NCBI GenBank assembly: GCA_050084985.1
Contig: JBITNC010000001.1
Location: 88,846,001 to 88,910,000, forward strand
DNA: 64,000 nt
From: Nageia nagi
Lineage: Eukaryota > Plantae > Pinophyta
Reading direction: 5' to 3'
The first letter of the stretch is position 1. Every line of letters begins with the position of its first letter. A model generated the notes under the pieces. That model saw only the letters and a program-made list of their open reading frames with translations, was not told the origin of the DNA and did no database searches. The translations under genes and the position numbers were made by a program. Positions 51,310-64,000 of this stretch are shown one piece after another.

Positions 51310-51327
51310 GTCCCACCGGGCGTGCCA
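51310..51327 (-). promoter_or_regulatory. Primer-binding site, tRNA-Arg(UCU) type
   Basis: TGGCACGCCCGGTGGGAC on the minus strand, 11 nt inside the 5' LTR. Matches my recollection of the plant tRNA-Arg(UCU) 3' end. Confidence 0.85.
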
Positions 51328-51338
51328 AAAAGAGATAC

Positions 51339-52814
51339 TGTTGATCAAGATTGTGTAATATGTGCACCTGGAACAATCTTAACCAAAGTAAATCATGAAC
51401 AGACTGTGGGAGCAGCCTGCTCTCCGGAGAAGGCCGGTTCCTTATCCATTGGGTAGAGAAAAAGTAGCAGGAAAGAGACAAAAGGGTAGGGTGCGAGAAA
51501 TTCAAGCAAAAGGATAGGGTAACAGGAAAGGAAGTAAAAAGGATAGAGTAACGAGAGAGAAAGCAAAGGTAGATCACTAGTTCAGCAGGGCATTTCGCAG
51601 TATGCGAAACCTTGGCCTGAATCTAGTGTCGTAGCCACAGAACAAGTTCTCACTCTCTGAATAGCCTCCCAGCTTCTACTCTACCATGTAGCAGACACAG
51701 TTATACTAGCAACTTGCGATTATTATTCAGGAAACAAGCTAAGCTGCCACAATGTAACCAAATTAAGAATAACAATTACGAGTGCTAGACAAGAAAGGTC
51801 AAGATGGTATCATATTGCCGGCCAAAAACTACAGGTCTTCGAGAACAAATGTAAAGGGCAATACTAGGCTTTCGACCCTTCTTTCACTTTATTTTCATAT
51901 ACTTATACTGTAGTACAACAGTTACAAGATTTGCAGAATAGAAACGTTTACAAAAATGGCCTCAAGATTCTGGCCTTCTTAAATTACACCACCTACATAC
52001 GCCACTTGGCCGTCTGTTACAAAGTTGGGCGGATTGCAGACGATACTGTTCCTTGATGATTGTGCTCAGGCATCTTGCAGACTTCCTCTCTTTCGGATTT
52101 CTTAATTCTCTGGCTCAGGCTCTTCAATCTTTCTTTACGGGCCTATTTTCCTCCGGGATTCGGTTTCATTCACCAATGTTAATCTTGTTTCTTTCCCTGA
52201 CGTCAGCTTCATATCTCCAGAATATTTCGCTTTCGGAGAGACTTGTATTGATCTCATCACCTCCGGGGCCGGTTTCATTCACAAATGTTAACTTTGCCTT
52301 TTCTTGTGACTCATCCTCGGACTTCCGGAATGATTCACCTTCAGGGCTCCGGATACTGAATTACTCCTTCCTGATGTCATTTCTTCCGGACTCCGGTTTT
52401 CCTCAAAACGTTAACTTCATTTTTCGCCATGACGTCAGCTTCATATTTCCGGAATGCATCACTCACTGGCTCCAGATACTGGATTACTTCGTGTTTGACA
52501 TCACCTCCTCTGGTCTCCGTTCCATTCAAAATGTGAACGTTGTTTCCCCGTGACGTCATCATTTCATTTCTCCAGAATGCTTTGTTTCTCGGAGAAACTT
52601 ATGCTGACTTTATCTTTTCGGAACTTGGTCTTCACCAAAAAAAATAATTATCTTATCCTCCGCACGTGTCCACTTCATTCCAGAAAAATTTACTCTGACT
52701 CCGGACTGCTTTATCCGCTCCGGAAAAACTCCTGGAGATCTTCGAATGAATCCGTAGAGGCAGGTAGAGTACACCGTGGCTTTACTTCAAGGATTTATTA
52801 TGGAGGAATCTACA
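51339..52814 (-). repeat. 5' LTR of the young element (1476 bp)
   Basis: Direct repeat of 44345-45826. Confidence 0.95.
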
Positions 52815-54757
52815 ATAATGTTGAAATTTATCCAACCAAATTTGTTAAGGATAGAACTCTTTGTAAATAGTTTGTTTGAGACTAGAGCTTTGATCACATT
52901 ATGATTGTTGAAGCAGAAAATGAAGGCATAGAACTTTCAGAAGTTTTAAAAAAATTAGATAATTGGATAACTCAACTTTGTGCATACTTTAACAGTGGTA
53001 GATTACTATCTGAGCTTAACACCGCTCAGAGGAGGAGATTCAAATTAAATGATCTCAATTATTGCATGATAGATGATGTACTATATAGAAAAAATCATGA
53101 TGGAATGCTATTAAGATGCATTCATCTTAAGAAAGTTAAAGATATTTTAAAAGAGTTTCTTTCAAGTTTCTCCAAAGGTCACTACTTAGGATATACCACT
53201 ACTACTAAAATTTTATAGGAAGGTTTCTATTAGTCTTCCTTATACATAGATTCATTTCAAAATTCCAAAGAATGTGATAAGTACCTTATATTTCTAGTAA
53301 GAAGAAGAATGGCAGCCATGCCATTGCAACCTATAACTATAGAAGAGCCTTTCCAGTAATGGGGTATTGAGTTTATTAGAATGATCAATCAAGGGTCCTC
53401 AATCAGAAATAGGTTCATCCTGATAGCTACAAATTACTTCATAAGAAGGATAAAAGCTTCTACTACCAAACATCAATATCAAGATACAATAATCTCTTTT
53501 ATGGAGAAGATTATCATAAGGTTTGGTATTCCACAAACTGTATATCTGAAGATGTTCTTATTGTAATATATAATGCATTATTATCTTCTTTTATGTAACC
53601 CATTTAACACTTAAAATATCTCTATATACCTTTCAATGTTTAGTGAATAAAATATTATGTAACCTTAACCAACCCTTGGGTACAAGGGTGGTTTCCCTAT
53701 AAATAAAGGGCCTCCCTTCTAGTTTACATACTCAAGTTTGTAGTGTTGTTATGCTTTATGATTGTTAGGAGAAGTAGGAATAGTTGTAAGAGAGAAACTT
53801 TGTGAATGAGAAAGATATTAGTTAGTGGATGTACTCTCTTACATGAGAGGAACCACTTTATATATGTATCAAATTTGTGAGATTAGTAATTATGTTAATG
53901 TTATGAATATTGATGGTTAAGAGGTATTTCAAGTGATCTTGGAGATTAGAATTTTATTCTTTAAGGTTTAAATTCTTCATTTGGTATCAGAACCATCTTG
54001 GAGGATCCTATTCATCATTATTTAAGTTCCATTCCACTCCTTCCATCTACTTTGGTGAGGTAAAATCATCTTGAGGTATAACTCTTCTCCTCACTCTTAC
54101 ATTTTGTTTGCATTTTTTGTGATTTTGTTTTGCTAAAAGTTAGCTCTTTTAAGCTTTTGTTGTTTCTTACATAAGCTATTTTTTGTTAAAATTAAGCTTT
54201 AAACTCATATGTGTTAAAATAGCTTCTTGGTGTAAGAATAACTTACAAATTAAAAAGGATGCTAATATTTCTTAACAAATTTTTTTGGTACTAACATTCT
54301 CTTTTTTATAAGATTTCCTTTTTTGTTAAAGGGTTAGTATGCAATTTTACAAGTATTAATATATGTTAGTTTCTAACATTATTTACTATATTAGTTAATT
54401 TTGTAAAGTTTTGCAAGTTGTAAATTTTTTTTATTTATTTTACAATCTAACTAATTTGCATATATACCAATATGATAATTTATTTTGTGAAAAGTTGCAA
54501 AAAATTTGAACTTTTACAAAAATTAGTTATCCATGACTATCTACTACTATTATTCTCTTCTAAAAAATATGATAATTTTTTTTTTTCAAGCAAGAAGACC
54601 TTGTAAAATATTTGTGCATTTTTTTTTACAAGACTTTGGCACTATTTTTGTTTGTTATGCACATCTTTTATAGTGCATATACAAATTTACAAATAATAAA
54701 TTATTATTATTTATTTTATTCAAATAAAAAATGCACTATGTTTTTTGTTATGCATTG

Positions 54758-54758
<1 letters not shown>

Positions 54759-54856
<98 letters not shown>

Positions 54857-54896
54857 ACATATATACATACATATATATATATACACATATACATAT

Positions 54897-54930
<34 letters not shown>

Positions 54931-54952
54931 GTATGTATATATATATGTATAT
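54759..54952. repeat. (TA)n microsatellite (~47 units) followed by a compound TA/TACA/TATG tract
   Basis: Direct reading. Confidence 0.97.
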
Positions 54953-55038
54953 TAAAATAAAAATATTATATATATCTATTGTTAAAAAATTTATTTTCTA
55001 ATTAAACATATTTAAATTAAAAAATTAAATAAAAAATT

Positions 55039-55465
55039 AGGGGAGTAGCCACCCAAGTGGGCAGCATGGAATCCCAAGGGTGGCTGCCACCCCCCATGGG
55101 AGGTGCGGTACCCAAGGGTTCTCCAGCCATCCCACATGGGGGTGTGACACCCAAGGGGTCATTGGCTACCCATAAGGGGGCATGACACCCAAGGGGTTGC
55201 TACTTACCCATAAGGGGGGAACAGCATGGGCATGACACCTAAGGGATTGTTACCTTCCAAGGGCCTCTAAACTCCTAAGTGGGGGCATAGATCCTAAGGG
55301 TCATTGGGCTCTCAGCTTGGGGTCATGGCACCCAAGGGTCGCTAACCTCTCAAGTGGTGGCATGGCACCTAAGGGCCGCCAACCTCCCAAAGTGGGGTTG
55401 CAACACCCATGGGCCATTAGCCTCCCACCAAAGGGGGAATAGCACTCACAAGGCCACCAACCACC
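55039..55465 (+). repeat. GC-rich array of ~10-11 self-complementary ~38-40-nt units
   Basis: Units GGG...CCC separated by AA; consensus ~GGGTCGCTAGCCTCCCAAGTGGGGGCATGGCACCCAA. Confidence 0.85.
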
Positions 55466-57866
55466 ATTGAATCCCTTTTATCTTAGTTGATGTAGCTTCT
55501 CCTCCTCCTCTTCTTATATCCTTGCATATTCAAGCATTTTTTTCTCCTCTCTTGTACATGTTAGGGTTGCTTTTTTTTTCAAGAGAACATTTAAGGTTAT
55601 TTGAACCATGGTTGGCCTATGGTTTGTAGTTGGGCATATTTAATTTTTTAATGTCTCATTTCAACTAGTTTGTTGACTTATTAATTTAATTTTTTAGTCC
55701 ACATTTTCTCCATTTTATTAATGCATTTGGTAAAATAGTGCAATTTTTTAATTTTTCTAGAGAGTGGTTGGATGGTGTATAGATAGTAAATATGTTTTTT
55801 ACTTACTCTTAATTTGGTGAGAAGTATACCTTATTTATTCACTCTTTTTTTATTATGCCTTGCAAAATCAATAATGTCATAACAATGAAATTTATTAATA
55901 TATAGCAATATTTATAATTTTTTAGAGGTATTATTTTTTAAATAAAAACAAGGGAGAAAAGAGCAATATTTATGTATGGATAAATATTTCTTGGGTGTTA
56001 TTATTTTAAAAAAATTGAAAGCAAAATATTTATGGATAAATATATTTTGGGTGAAAAATATTTATGAATAAATATTTTTTTCTAGGTGTTATTATTGAAA
56101 GAAGAATATTTATTGATAAATATTTTGGGTGTTAGGGAAATTATTCCTACATTTTTTTTTTAATTAAGGGGGAGCATAACTCTTATTCTTTTAATGATAA
56201 TTATGGTTGTTATCATCAATATATATTATGGGTGTTATTATTTCAAACATAACAAAAATCATTCCCCATATTTTTACCCACTATATTTTTTTTCCTTAAC
56301 ATGAGAGATATTTATTGATTTTTTCAAGGAAAAGTAAAGAGTTAAAGCAATAATTATTTTTTTTGTGGGCAATATTGAGTAAATTTTATTACACATATTT
56401 ATTAATTTTTCAACAAGAAAAGGTAAAGCAATAATTATTTTTTATGAACAATATTGAGTTGTATCGATTGCATATATTGATAAAAGTTTATTATGGGTTT
56501 CACTTATTGTGGCCCATAGCTTTATGTGGGTTCCACTTGTTGTGGCCCACCGCTTATGTTACTCATAAGCCTTGAGGTGTAGCTTCTTAATAAAGCTACA
56601 CCTTAAGTTAAAAATAAAAAATATATTTATAATGAAATAGTAAGTGCATGTAGGATTTTTTTGTTTTCCACATGACTATTCATTCAAATATTAAAAGTAA
56701 AATTCTTATTCATGAGGACCTCTTCTTTTTGAAGTAAAAGATAGATACCTTTTTTAAGCACATATTTCTTTTAAAAGAAAAGAATTTGTTTTTTATTTTT
56801 TCCAAAAATCTATGGTTATGGATCAAATAAATATTATGACTATAAAGGCATAAGTTGTATTTAAAAGATGTTATTAATTTTTTGTAGCAATTATATGGGT
56901 ATTAAGTATTATTTTTACCCTAATTCTTTAAATAAATTATGTTGATAACACCAAAGTTAATTACTATAAGCCTTAACTTATCACACTTTGGTAATGTGAT
57001 ATTTGGTTTTATTAGTTTTATACTTGGTAAAAGTATAATTATGTTTTTTCAAGAGTAAAATTTAATATTTTCCACCTTGGTACTTCCATCTTGGGAAGAT
57101 TATATCCTTATTTAAGGTTAATGCCACATCGTTGAAAATTTCATTATTTTGTTACTATGATCACATGATTTTTGATATATATTATTATTTAGGAAACTAT
57201 ATTACCTTCCATACAATAGTATTATTGATAATAGATATTTTCAACTTATTTATTGATGGAATGGTCATTTCACTTTCAGTGAATTGATGTACTTATAGTT
57301 TGTAAATCTTGACTAATGTATAATCAAGTTAATATTATGTGGTATAAGGATTGATTAGTAGAAACAATTTATAATTCCTAACTTAATGGCATTATTAGTT
57401 TATAACTTGGCTAATTATTACATAATATATCACACCATGATAATCTTCTCTTTTAGGAGAATATCGAGAATCCATAACCTTGTCTATGTGAAAAATATTT
57501 ATTGAATGATGAGATATTTTTTGTACCACTACCATATTTATAGTTAATTTACATAGACTTATGTGATTATCTTACCACTTGCATTAATGATGGTTATACA
57601 TGTTTTGTGTCATCAATTTATTTTTTGTATAAATATATGGTGACCTTACCAATCATATTGATAATGCTTAGACATGTGTGGTGTGATAATGCATCCTATT
57701 CTTGAAAATAGGTTGATGCAACATATAGTGAATATTTTATTTCCATAACAAATCTATGGTGGCCTTACCATCAAACTTAATTGATTTTACTATTTCACAC
57801 CTACTTGCCTCATTCAAATGATTATAAATAAATATCATCATTAGAATGTAAAGATATGAATTAGCT

Positions 57867-58355
57867 ATGGTAGGAAGGTATCCAGCATGTATTGGTTATG
57901 AAGAGTATCCAACACATTTTGGCTATGAAAAGGATTATGTTCCACCTAATCATCCACTCTATGTTCCACCCAATTCTCCTTTTAATCCTTTGATCCATGC
58001 TCCTCCTAATCCTATAATCCCTACTCATCTTAATACATTGCACTATATTTGGACTAATACTTTGATTCATGTTCTTCCAACTAACATTGGGGAAGGATCC
58101 TCATCTAGATTTATGGCTAATCCCTCTTCCTTTGAACATAAAATCCAATCTTTACACCAATAATTATATGCTTTCAATCATAAATATGATATATTTAAAA
58201 GGAAGCAAGTAGTGTACGAGCAAGCCTTTGATTTGCTAATGGAAGAGCGAAATAACTTGCAAATAGAGAATAACCTATTGGTTGAACATTATTCCATGCT
58301 TCATGACAAATTAAAATCTCTTAAGCTCAATGCTACTCCTCTAGAAAATCCTTAA
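57867..58355 (+). pseudogene. Small orphan ORF of element B (162 codons, one premature TAA): Pro-rich N-terminus plus coiled coil
   Basis: ORF 57867-58163 continues in frame past TAA 58161: LYAFNHKYDIFKRKQVVYEQAFDLLMEERNNLQIENNLLVEHYSMLHDKLKSLK...NP*. Confidence 0.75.
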
Positions 58356-58841
58356 GTCATTCATAGAATGTTTTGTTAAGTATTATCTACTAGTTGCTAT
58401 TAGTTATGAGTAGAGGAATATTTTAAGCAACATATAGTTACCTTATACTATATAAATAAAAGTATTTATAACAAAATTGTGCTTACTAAGTGTTATATAT
58501 ATAAACATTGAATCATTTTTACTTACGATTTGATGTGCAAGGAGGTATATTATGATTATAATAGCAGTTATAATAACTCTTTATAATACTTTATTATAAA
58601 TGCTTCATACTATTGTGATAAGCATTCAAATCCTTCATCTTGTTCATGAAGTTAACCTTGTGGGAAAGATATATCTACATATATAAGTTTTGGTTCATCT
58701 TCATTAACATTTAAATAATTTCCTTAAATTGATTGATAGTAACCTTATGGATTAAATAATTAATGATTAAGTCTTCTACATTTTTTACAAAAACTTAAAT
58801 AATGATGCAAATTGGCAATATATATAAAAACCTTGTGTAAA

Positions 58842-61800
58842 CACTACTACCAAAAGGCCAACTTGCATCCCTTTTTATGTATTCAATCATGAAAAAAAAA
58901 AGATGCAAATTTACATCCTTATGCATCAACATGTGTTGAAACCTTTTTTTTCAATTTTTTTACTTTTTCAATGCAAAAAATGACCCAAAAGGACACAAAT
59001 TTTACATCAAAATTTCACATGACGTTGAAAAAATAAAATAAAATGCCTAAGGCATTACGACACAAATTTAGACACCATTTTGCATTGAAAAAACTTAAAC
59101 AAGTAAAATAAAGATTTCCAAGTCAATTCTTACTAGGAAATTTGACTACCATGAATGTACATCACATTTAGTGGAATTGGATGGAAAATGATGCAAAATA
59201 TGAAAAAACACATTATAAGGCATGAGAATTATTTGATAAGATACATGATGTAAATATAGTTAAGGTTTCCTTCACACAACTTGTAATGATTAACTATACT
59301 TGAATGATTCCCTTAAACTCTTTCATAATTTGATGATATCAGTATATTAAAAAAATGGAAAATAATTATTCATGTGTTTCCTTCGAAGGTTAAGTACATT
59401 GGTGTTGTAACACACCATCGAATTGTAAGGATGTTTACCTCCATATTAAATCATTATACAAGTTAATATAATTATCTTAATTTATCACTATATGAGGTCA
59501 TAGTTGCCTTATCATGTTATAAAAAAAAAAAGCAATTCAATTCATATTCATTATTCCATTGTGCTCTTTTTATAAATATACCATTTGTAATTGTAACTTA
59601 CATGGAGTTAAATATAAATAATATTATCATACCACAAGCAATGAGCAAGCTATACATATGAAAAATTCAAGATACTGGTGAAAAGCATATCAATTACAAT
59701 ATTGTCATTGCAAATTATCTTCTTCATCAAGACGTACAATATGTTTTCCTCTAGGATTACATTTAATTACAACCACTTTTTTCATCATCAACATTAGGGA
59801 TAAAATATATTTAATTGCAATATTGCGGTAAAAGATAAGACTCTTTGTTGTCAAGTAAAATGTGTGTGCATTCGATTACAAAGTAATCATTAGGTATATC
59901 ATGCAAGATTATTCTTATATAAAGTGTGTCAAACCATTTACATTTAAATATCACACACTTAAATTACCTATAATCCAATTGTATAATTTCTTGAATTTTT
60001 CCAACATATTTTAATTTTCCCTATATCAAGTTTGTATCTCTTGAACTTTCATGACTTTCTTGATCAAAATTAGCCATCACTCTAGTCAAATTTTGTTCTT
60101 ATCTCATCATTCTTTTCTTTTCTAAAGTGTTGACCATATGCCCACATTGTAGGGAAAGATAGTGCCTACACATATTTACATGAAAAATGTTATTAGTGCT
60201 TGAACATATTTACATGAAAATTGAAGTTTTATAAAATATTAATAAAAATAATTACCTCAAGCTTACATCTTGTAATGACATTTAATGCATTTTCATCATA
60301 TTCATCTATTTTATCTCTCCATATTGTTGTTTTGTTTAAATTTCATTCTTAATGCATAACCTTGGAAATTCTTGTGGTCAATTTTTCTCTCTTATATTTT
60401 TAGGTAGACTAGATGCAGCCCTTTGATTTTATCTATGAAACAAGGTACTTTCCTATTCAATTTCCCTTATTTTAGTTTGGTACAACTCAATCCACTTTTT
60501 GTAACATACATAATGCATCATGATAAATTGGCTTATAGATTCATGAAGGTCACAATCTATAAATTCACAATACCATAAATACAAACTTGTTAGCTAGTAA
60601 TTAAGTATTTATACAATTTGTAAATCCAAAGTGCATGTACATATCTAAAACATAGTTAATACCTTTATGAGAATACAATGTTTTGCCTATTTCTAATACC
60701 TCCCCTTCTAATTTCTCACTGTCTTTGTCTGCATTCCATATCTTTAGGCTAGAAATATCTATTTGGGATAGATACTTACTTGCATAAAAAATGATTCCTA
60801 TATAATGTATCCCTTGCCTATAGATCCTTCTGGTCGTGAATGTTTTCTAACAAATCCCTTTAGCACTTTTAAAAATATCTCCATAAAAAATGTGTTTCTA
60901 GTAGTTATAACACCTTCCATGTCAATATCATCTACTAAGTGGATCAATAGGTGCACTTGTAAGTCCATAAAATAAGGTGGTAATTTTTTTTCTAATTTAC
61001 AGACAATTTCAACAATCTCTCTACACCATTGATCTATTACAACCACATGTACCTCCTTTGAAGATAACCACATGTTCATGTATATATAATATCATCAAAA
61101 TATTGCAAGTAAAAATGTATAAAATATTAGAAAATAAGAATAAACATATGTTATATTATTTTTCATAAAGCCACACTATAACATGACATACCTTAAAAAT
61201 AATGATAGTCAATTGATTGCATGTCTAAGATCAATAGGTAGACCCCCACATCCATGAATTGCAATTGGAAAAATATGTTATAAAAAGTATGAGAGTAAAT
61301 ATGAAAAGTATTTTTATTTTAATCAAAAATATAAAAAAATAATAATATGAGATCAATAACTTCATGAAGTTATGGTAATCATGAGTCTTGAATCTTATGA
61401 TTTTACCATTAGCATTGAATGCACTTCTTAGAGATGATCCATAATTTGTTGGTGTTCTGATATTTTGAATAAGTTTATGTAACTTTTCCACTTTGTCTTT
61501 TTATATAATCCATGTTGTTGTAGGTACTTCATTTCTTTTGTCTTGATAGTAAGTTATCCATAAAGATCTCATTTTCTTAATATCTTTTAAGTCTTTTCTC
61601 AAGGCATCAAAATCTGCTTCTTTGCTCTTTGTATACCAATATAAAGAAGTTGCAACATTCTTTACAATATGCATAGGATCAATTAAATGTGTCACTAACA
61701 ACTCCTTCCAATATTCTAATGTATAAAATACTGATAATCTATTTATTCTTGAAAACATGCAACCAATTCATAATAAACATTATATATTTTTAAAATAATA

Positions 61801-64000
61801 AACATATTACAAATATATGTACTCTATAATATTTCACCTACTATTAAATCATTTTTACCATGAATAATCTCATCATCTGACCCTAAAGTAGTACCTTCAT
61901 CATAGGCTCTTTTTCTAACATTTTTCACACATTCATGGTACTTTATGAACTAACTCATAGGAGTTTCATAAATAGGAATAGGAGTTTTATCTACTATACC
62001 ATAGGCCCCTTTTTTCATAAAGTGTGATCCATTAGAAAATATTTCCTATGGCCAATATATTCTATCTTATTCATATTACTTGAATATATTGATGCAAGAT
62101 TTTTTGCACATAACGAATAAGCATGATAACCTTTTGTACGAAGACTTATGATAAGTTTATTTAGAAAATGCATATAATTCATATGATTATAAAAAATCAA
62201 ATATAGACATGTATATATGCATACCTACATAAACAAAAAGCTATGGATAAGCATGTATAGTCCAACATAGTATGCCATAACATTTTAATAAACTCTAATT
62301 GATAGGTCTACTTATTTCATACATTTGAACTCCTTTCCATAAGAGCTTTAACTTGTCAATTACTAGTTTAAGGTAGACATCCATGTGTTTAACCTATTTC
62401 AATCCAAGAATTATAACAACCAAAATCAAATGCTCTTTTCTTATAGATATCAACAAAGGTATGTTATATTTGATTACAATAATAGGCCAACATGAATAAG
62501 TGGATGTTTGGTTCAAAAATGGATTGACACCATTCATTATTAAACCCAATCTAACACTCCTAGGTTCATCCTTAAATTTCTTGAGCCACTTTCCTTATAT
62601 ATTTCATTGCTTTACTATATATAGATATACACAACACACCTTCTTCACTTCTATTTCTTGCATGCCAATCCATTAACTCTACAAGTGAATTACAATGGAA
62701 TATTCATATCAACCTGGAAGGATTGGCATTACATGAACAACCTTAGTTGGAGTTTTTTTTCCTATTTCATTGTATCTTGATTCTTCACACTTTGTAAATT
62801 TAGTATTTGTATCATGTTCTTCTCCTCTATACAATATGAAATAATTAATACATGCATGGTATGAATTATACTCAACCCCTTATCCTTCATAATTTCATAT
62901 GCTTTTTTGCATGATTTTGGGATGACATTATCACTTGGTAATAACTTTTCTTTGAGTAACCTATAATACCAATTGAAAATAATTTATGTAGTTAATTTCT
63001 TTAAAATTAAAATAACAAAAATTGAAATACCATAAAACAAAATAAACTTCAAACCTCATAAGAGAAGTGAAACTTGTATCTAACCTTCTATATTTGGCTT
63101 TTATGTTCATTAGAAGTAGGATCGTCAATAATACAAATGTGTTTATTCCTTCATATAATTTAGTTTTGGAAGCACTATACATGCTATCCCTTTCTAAATC
63201 ACCATCTCTTTCTTCATCATCAACATGAACATAGAGGAAATCAAGTAAACCATCAATTTCATTTTCTTCATCAACATTATTATCAGCATCATCATCATGA
63301 CCAATATTATCCTCTCTTAATTCATCACCATCAGTTCCTGAATCCCACATAGGTAATTGAATAGGAGCTATTGGATTTGGTTCAAACATAAACTTTGTGT
63401 ATTGCTTAGGATTCTATGTTTTTCTTAGTATTTTTTTATCACTCCTACTTACATTATTTTGATGCAATGTTGGTGAAATAGTTATCATTATTGAATGGTC
63501 ACAATGACTATTTGTTGCTTGTAAAATAATTTATTACAAACCATTAATTTAGAATAAAAAAATAAGTGTAACAAATACAAAGTAATTTGATACATCCATT
63601 GATACATGAGTTCCATACATATAATTTGAATATACATCCATACAAATTGATCATCAATACATATAATTTGATACATCCATATATATAACAAATTGGTACA
63701 TGCAAATATACACATTATCCATGTATACAAATTGAAACATCCATTCATATACATCAATAATATATTGATTTTTATTTTTATTTTTATTTTTGGGTTTTGG
63801 TCCTCAATGAATTATTACATTTTTATCATCTCCTAACTCTAAAGTTTGTGCCTTATTTGTTAAAGTAGGTATCCTATAAATGTAGTGAGCTAGTAGCTCA
63901 TAACCAACATTAAGAATTTTAATGGGAACAAATATATAATTATTCATTTGTTTTCAAGTCTTCTTTATTATTATTACGTTGGTGAAATTCATAATTTAGT
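58842..64000 (-). mobile_element. CACTA (En/Spm) DNA transposon with a decayed, intron-containing Tnp2/TnpD transposase; continues beyond the window
   Basis: Terminus CACTACTACCAAAAG at 58842 with TTGCATC/GATGCAAA subterminal repeats. Minus-strand DEPRSVRLGL..GVNPF..YSCWPI (~62480-62570), HLIDPMHIVKNV, FKTHDYHNFM, CKLEKKLPPYFMDLQVHLLIHLV..RPEGSI. Confidence 0.9.

Larger units (their letters stand above)
44345..52814 (-). mobile_element. Young non-autonomous gypsy (Tat-related) LTR element: gag plus a long extra ORF, no pol
   Basis: LTRs 44345-45826 and 51339-52814 (~97% by hand count), TG..CA. Perfect TSD ATAAT (44340-44344 and 52815-52819). Minus-strand PBS at 51310-51327 precedes gag. Confidence 0.95.
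38267..53546 (+). mobile_element. Old autonomous-type Ty3/gypsy, Tat group (gag-PR-aRH-RT-RH-INT), decayed and interrupted
   Basis: gag from ~39787 (MRTRS*TRKAKE; EFNKVDDPYSL); PR HNCMIDS (~41730); extra RNase H WIMHFDGA..CTNN (~42290-42660); RT VPFRKKNGDIRLCVD / LVYLDDII (~43280-43630); RH (~44040-44340); INT YCMIDDVLYRKNHDGMLLRC..RFGIPQT (52900-53546). Putative 5' LTR 38267-39551 (TGTTGG..TCAACA) cannot be confirmed without its partner. Confidence 0.85.
53547..58841 (+). mobile_element. Non-autonomous LTR element B (relative of A), inserted in the Tat integrase and itself interrupted by CACTA
   Basis: LTR 53547-53979 with TGAAGA..TCTTCA inverted ends; PBS TGGTATCAGAACC at 53982. LTR motifs shared with A: TTGTAAGAGAGA, TGGATGTA.TCTCTT..GAGAGGAACCACT, AATTTGTGAGATT. 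3' LTR is not in the window. Confidence 0.8.

Noticed and set aside
54612-55001. ORFs with YIYIYI runs
   Set aside because: Translation of a (TA)n microsatellite.

Overview
AT-rich, CpG-depleted eukaryotic DNA, most consistent with a large land-plant genome (gymnosperm-like by inference: kb-scale TE-filled intron, Tat-type gypsy with an extra RNase H upstream of RT). There is one intact host gene: an 11-exon divergent CNOT9/CAF40/RCD1-family paralogue (1955-14457, +, 396 aa by my splice reconstruction). Its 8.5-kb intron 4 holds a decayed chromovirus carrying nested MULE- and hAT-type MITEs. The rest is nested TEs: L1 and RTEX-like LINE fragments; a complete non-autonomous LTR element A (27450-34814, TSD CTATC); an old Tat-type gypsy (~38267-53546) interrupted by a young gag+extra-ORF LTR element (44345-52814, TSD ATAAT); a second non-autonomous LTR element B (from 53547); and a CACTA transposon (from 58842). 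Most notable: (1) A and B show no gag/pol but share a homologous small orphan coiled-coil ORF (motif KRKxxVx[DE]QAFD) and a leader array of ~38-nt hairpins; (2) the young element has a tRNA-Arg-type PBS-like sequence at BOTH inner LTR junctions and no adjacent polypurine tract. Identities and copy numbers are hand estimates; reference protein and tRNA comparisons are from memory.
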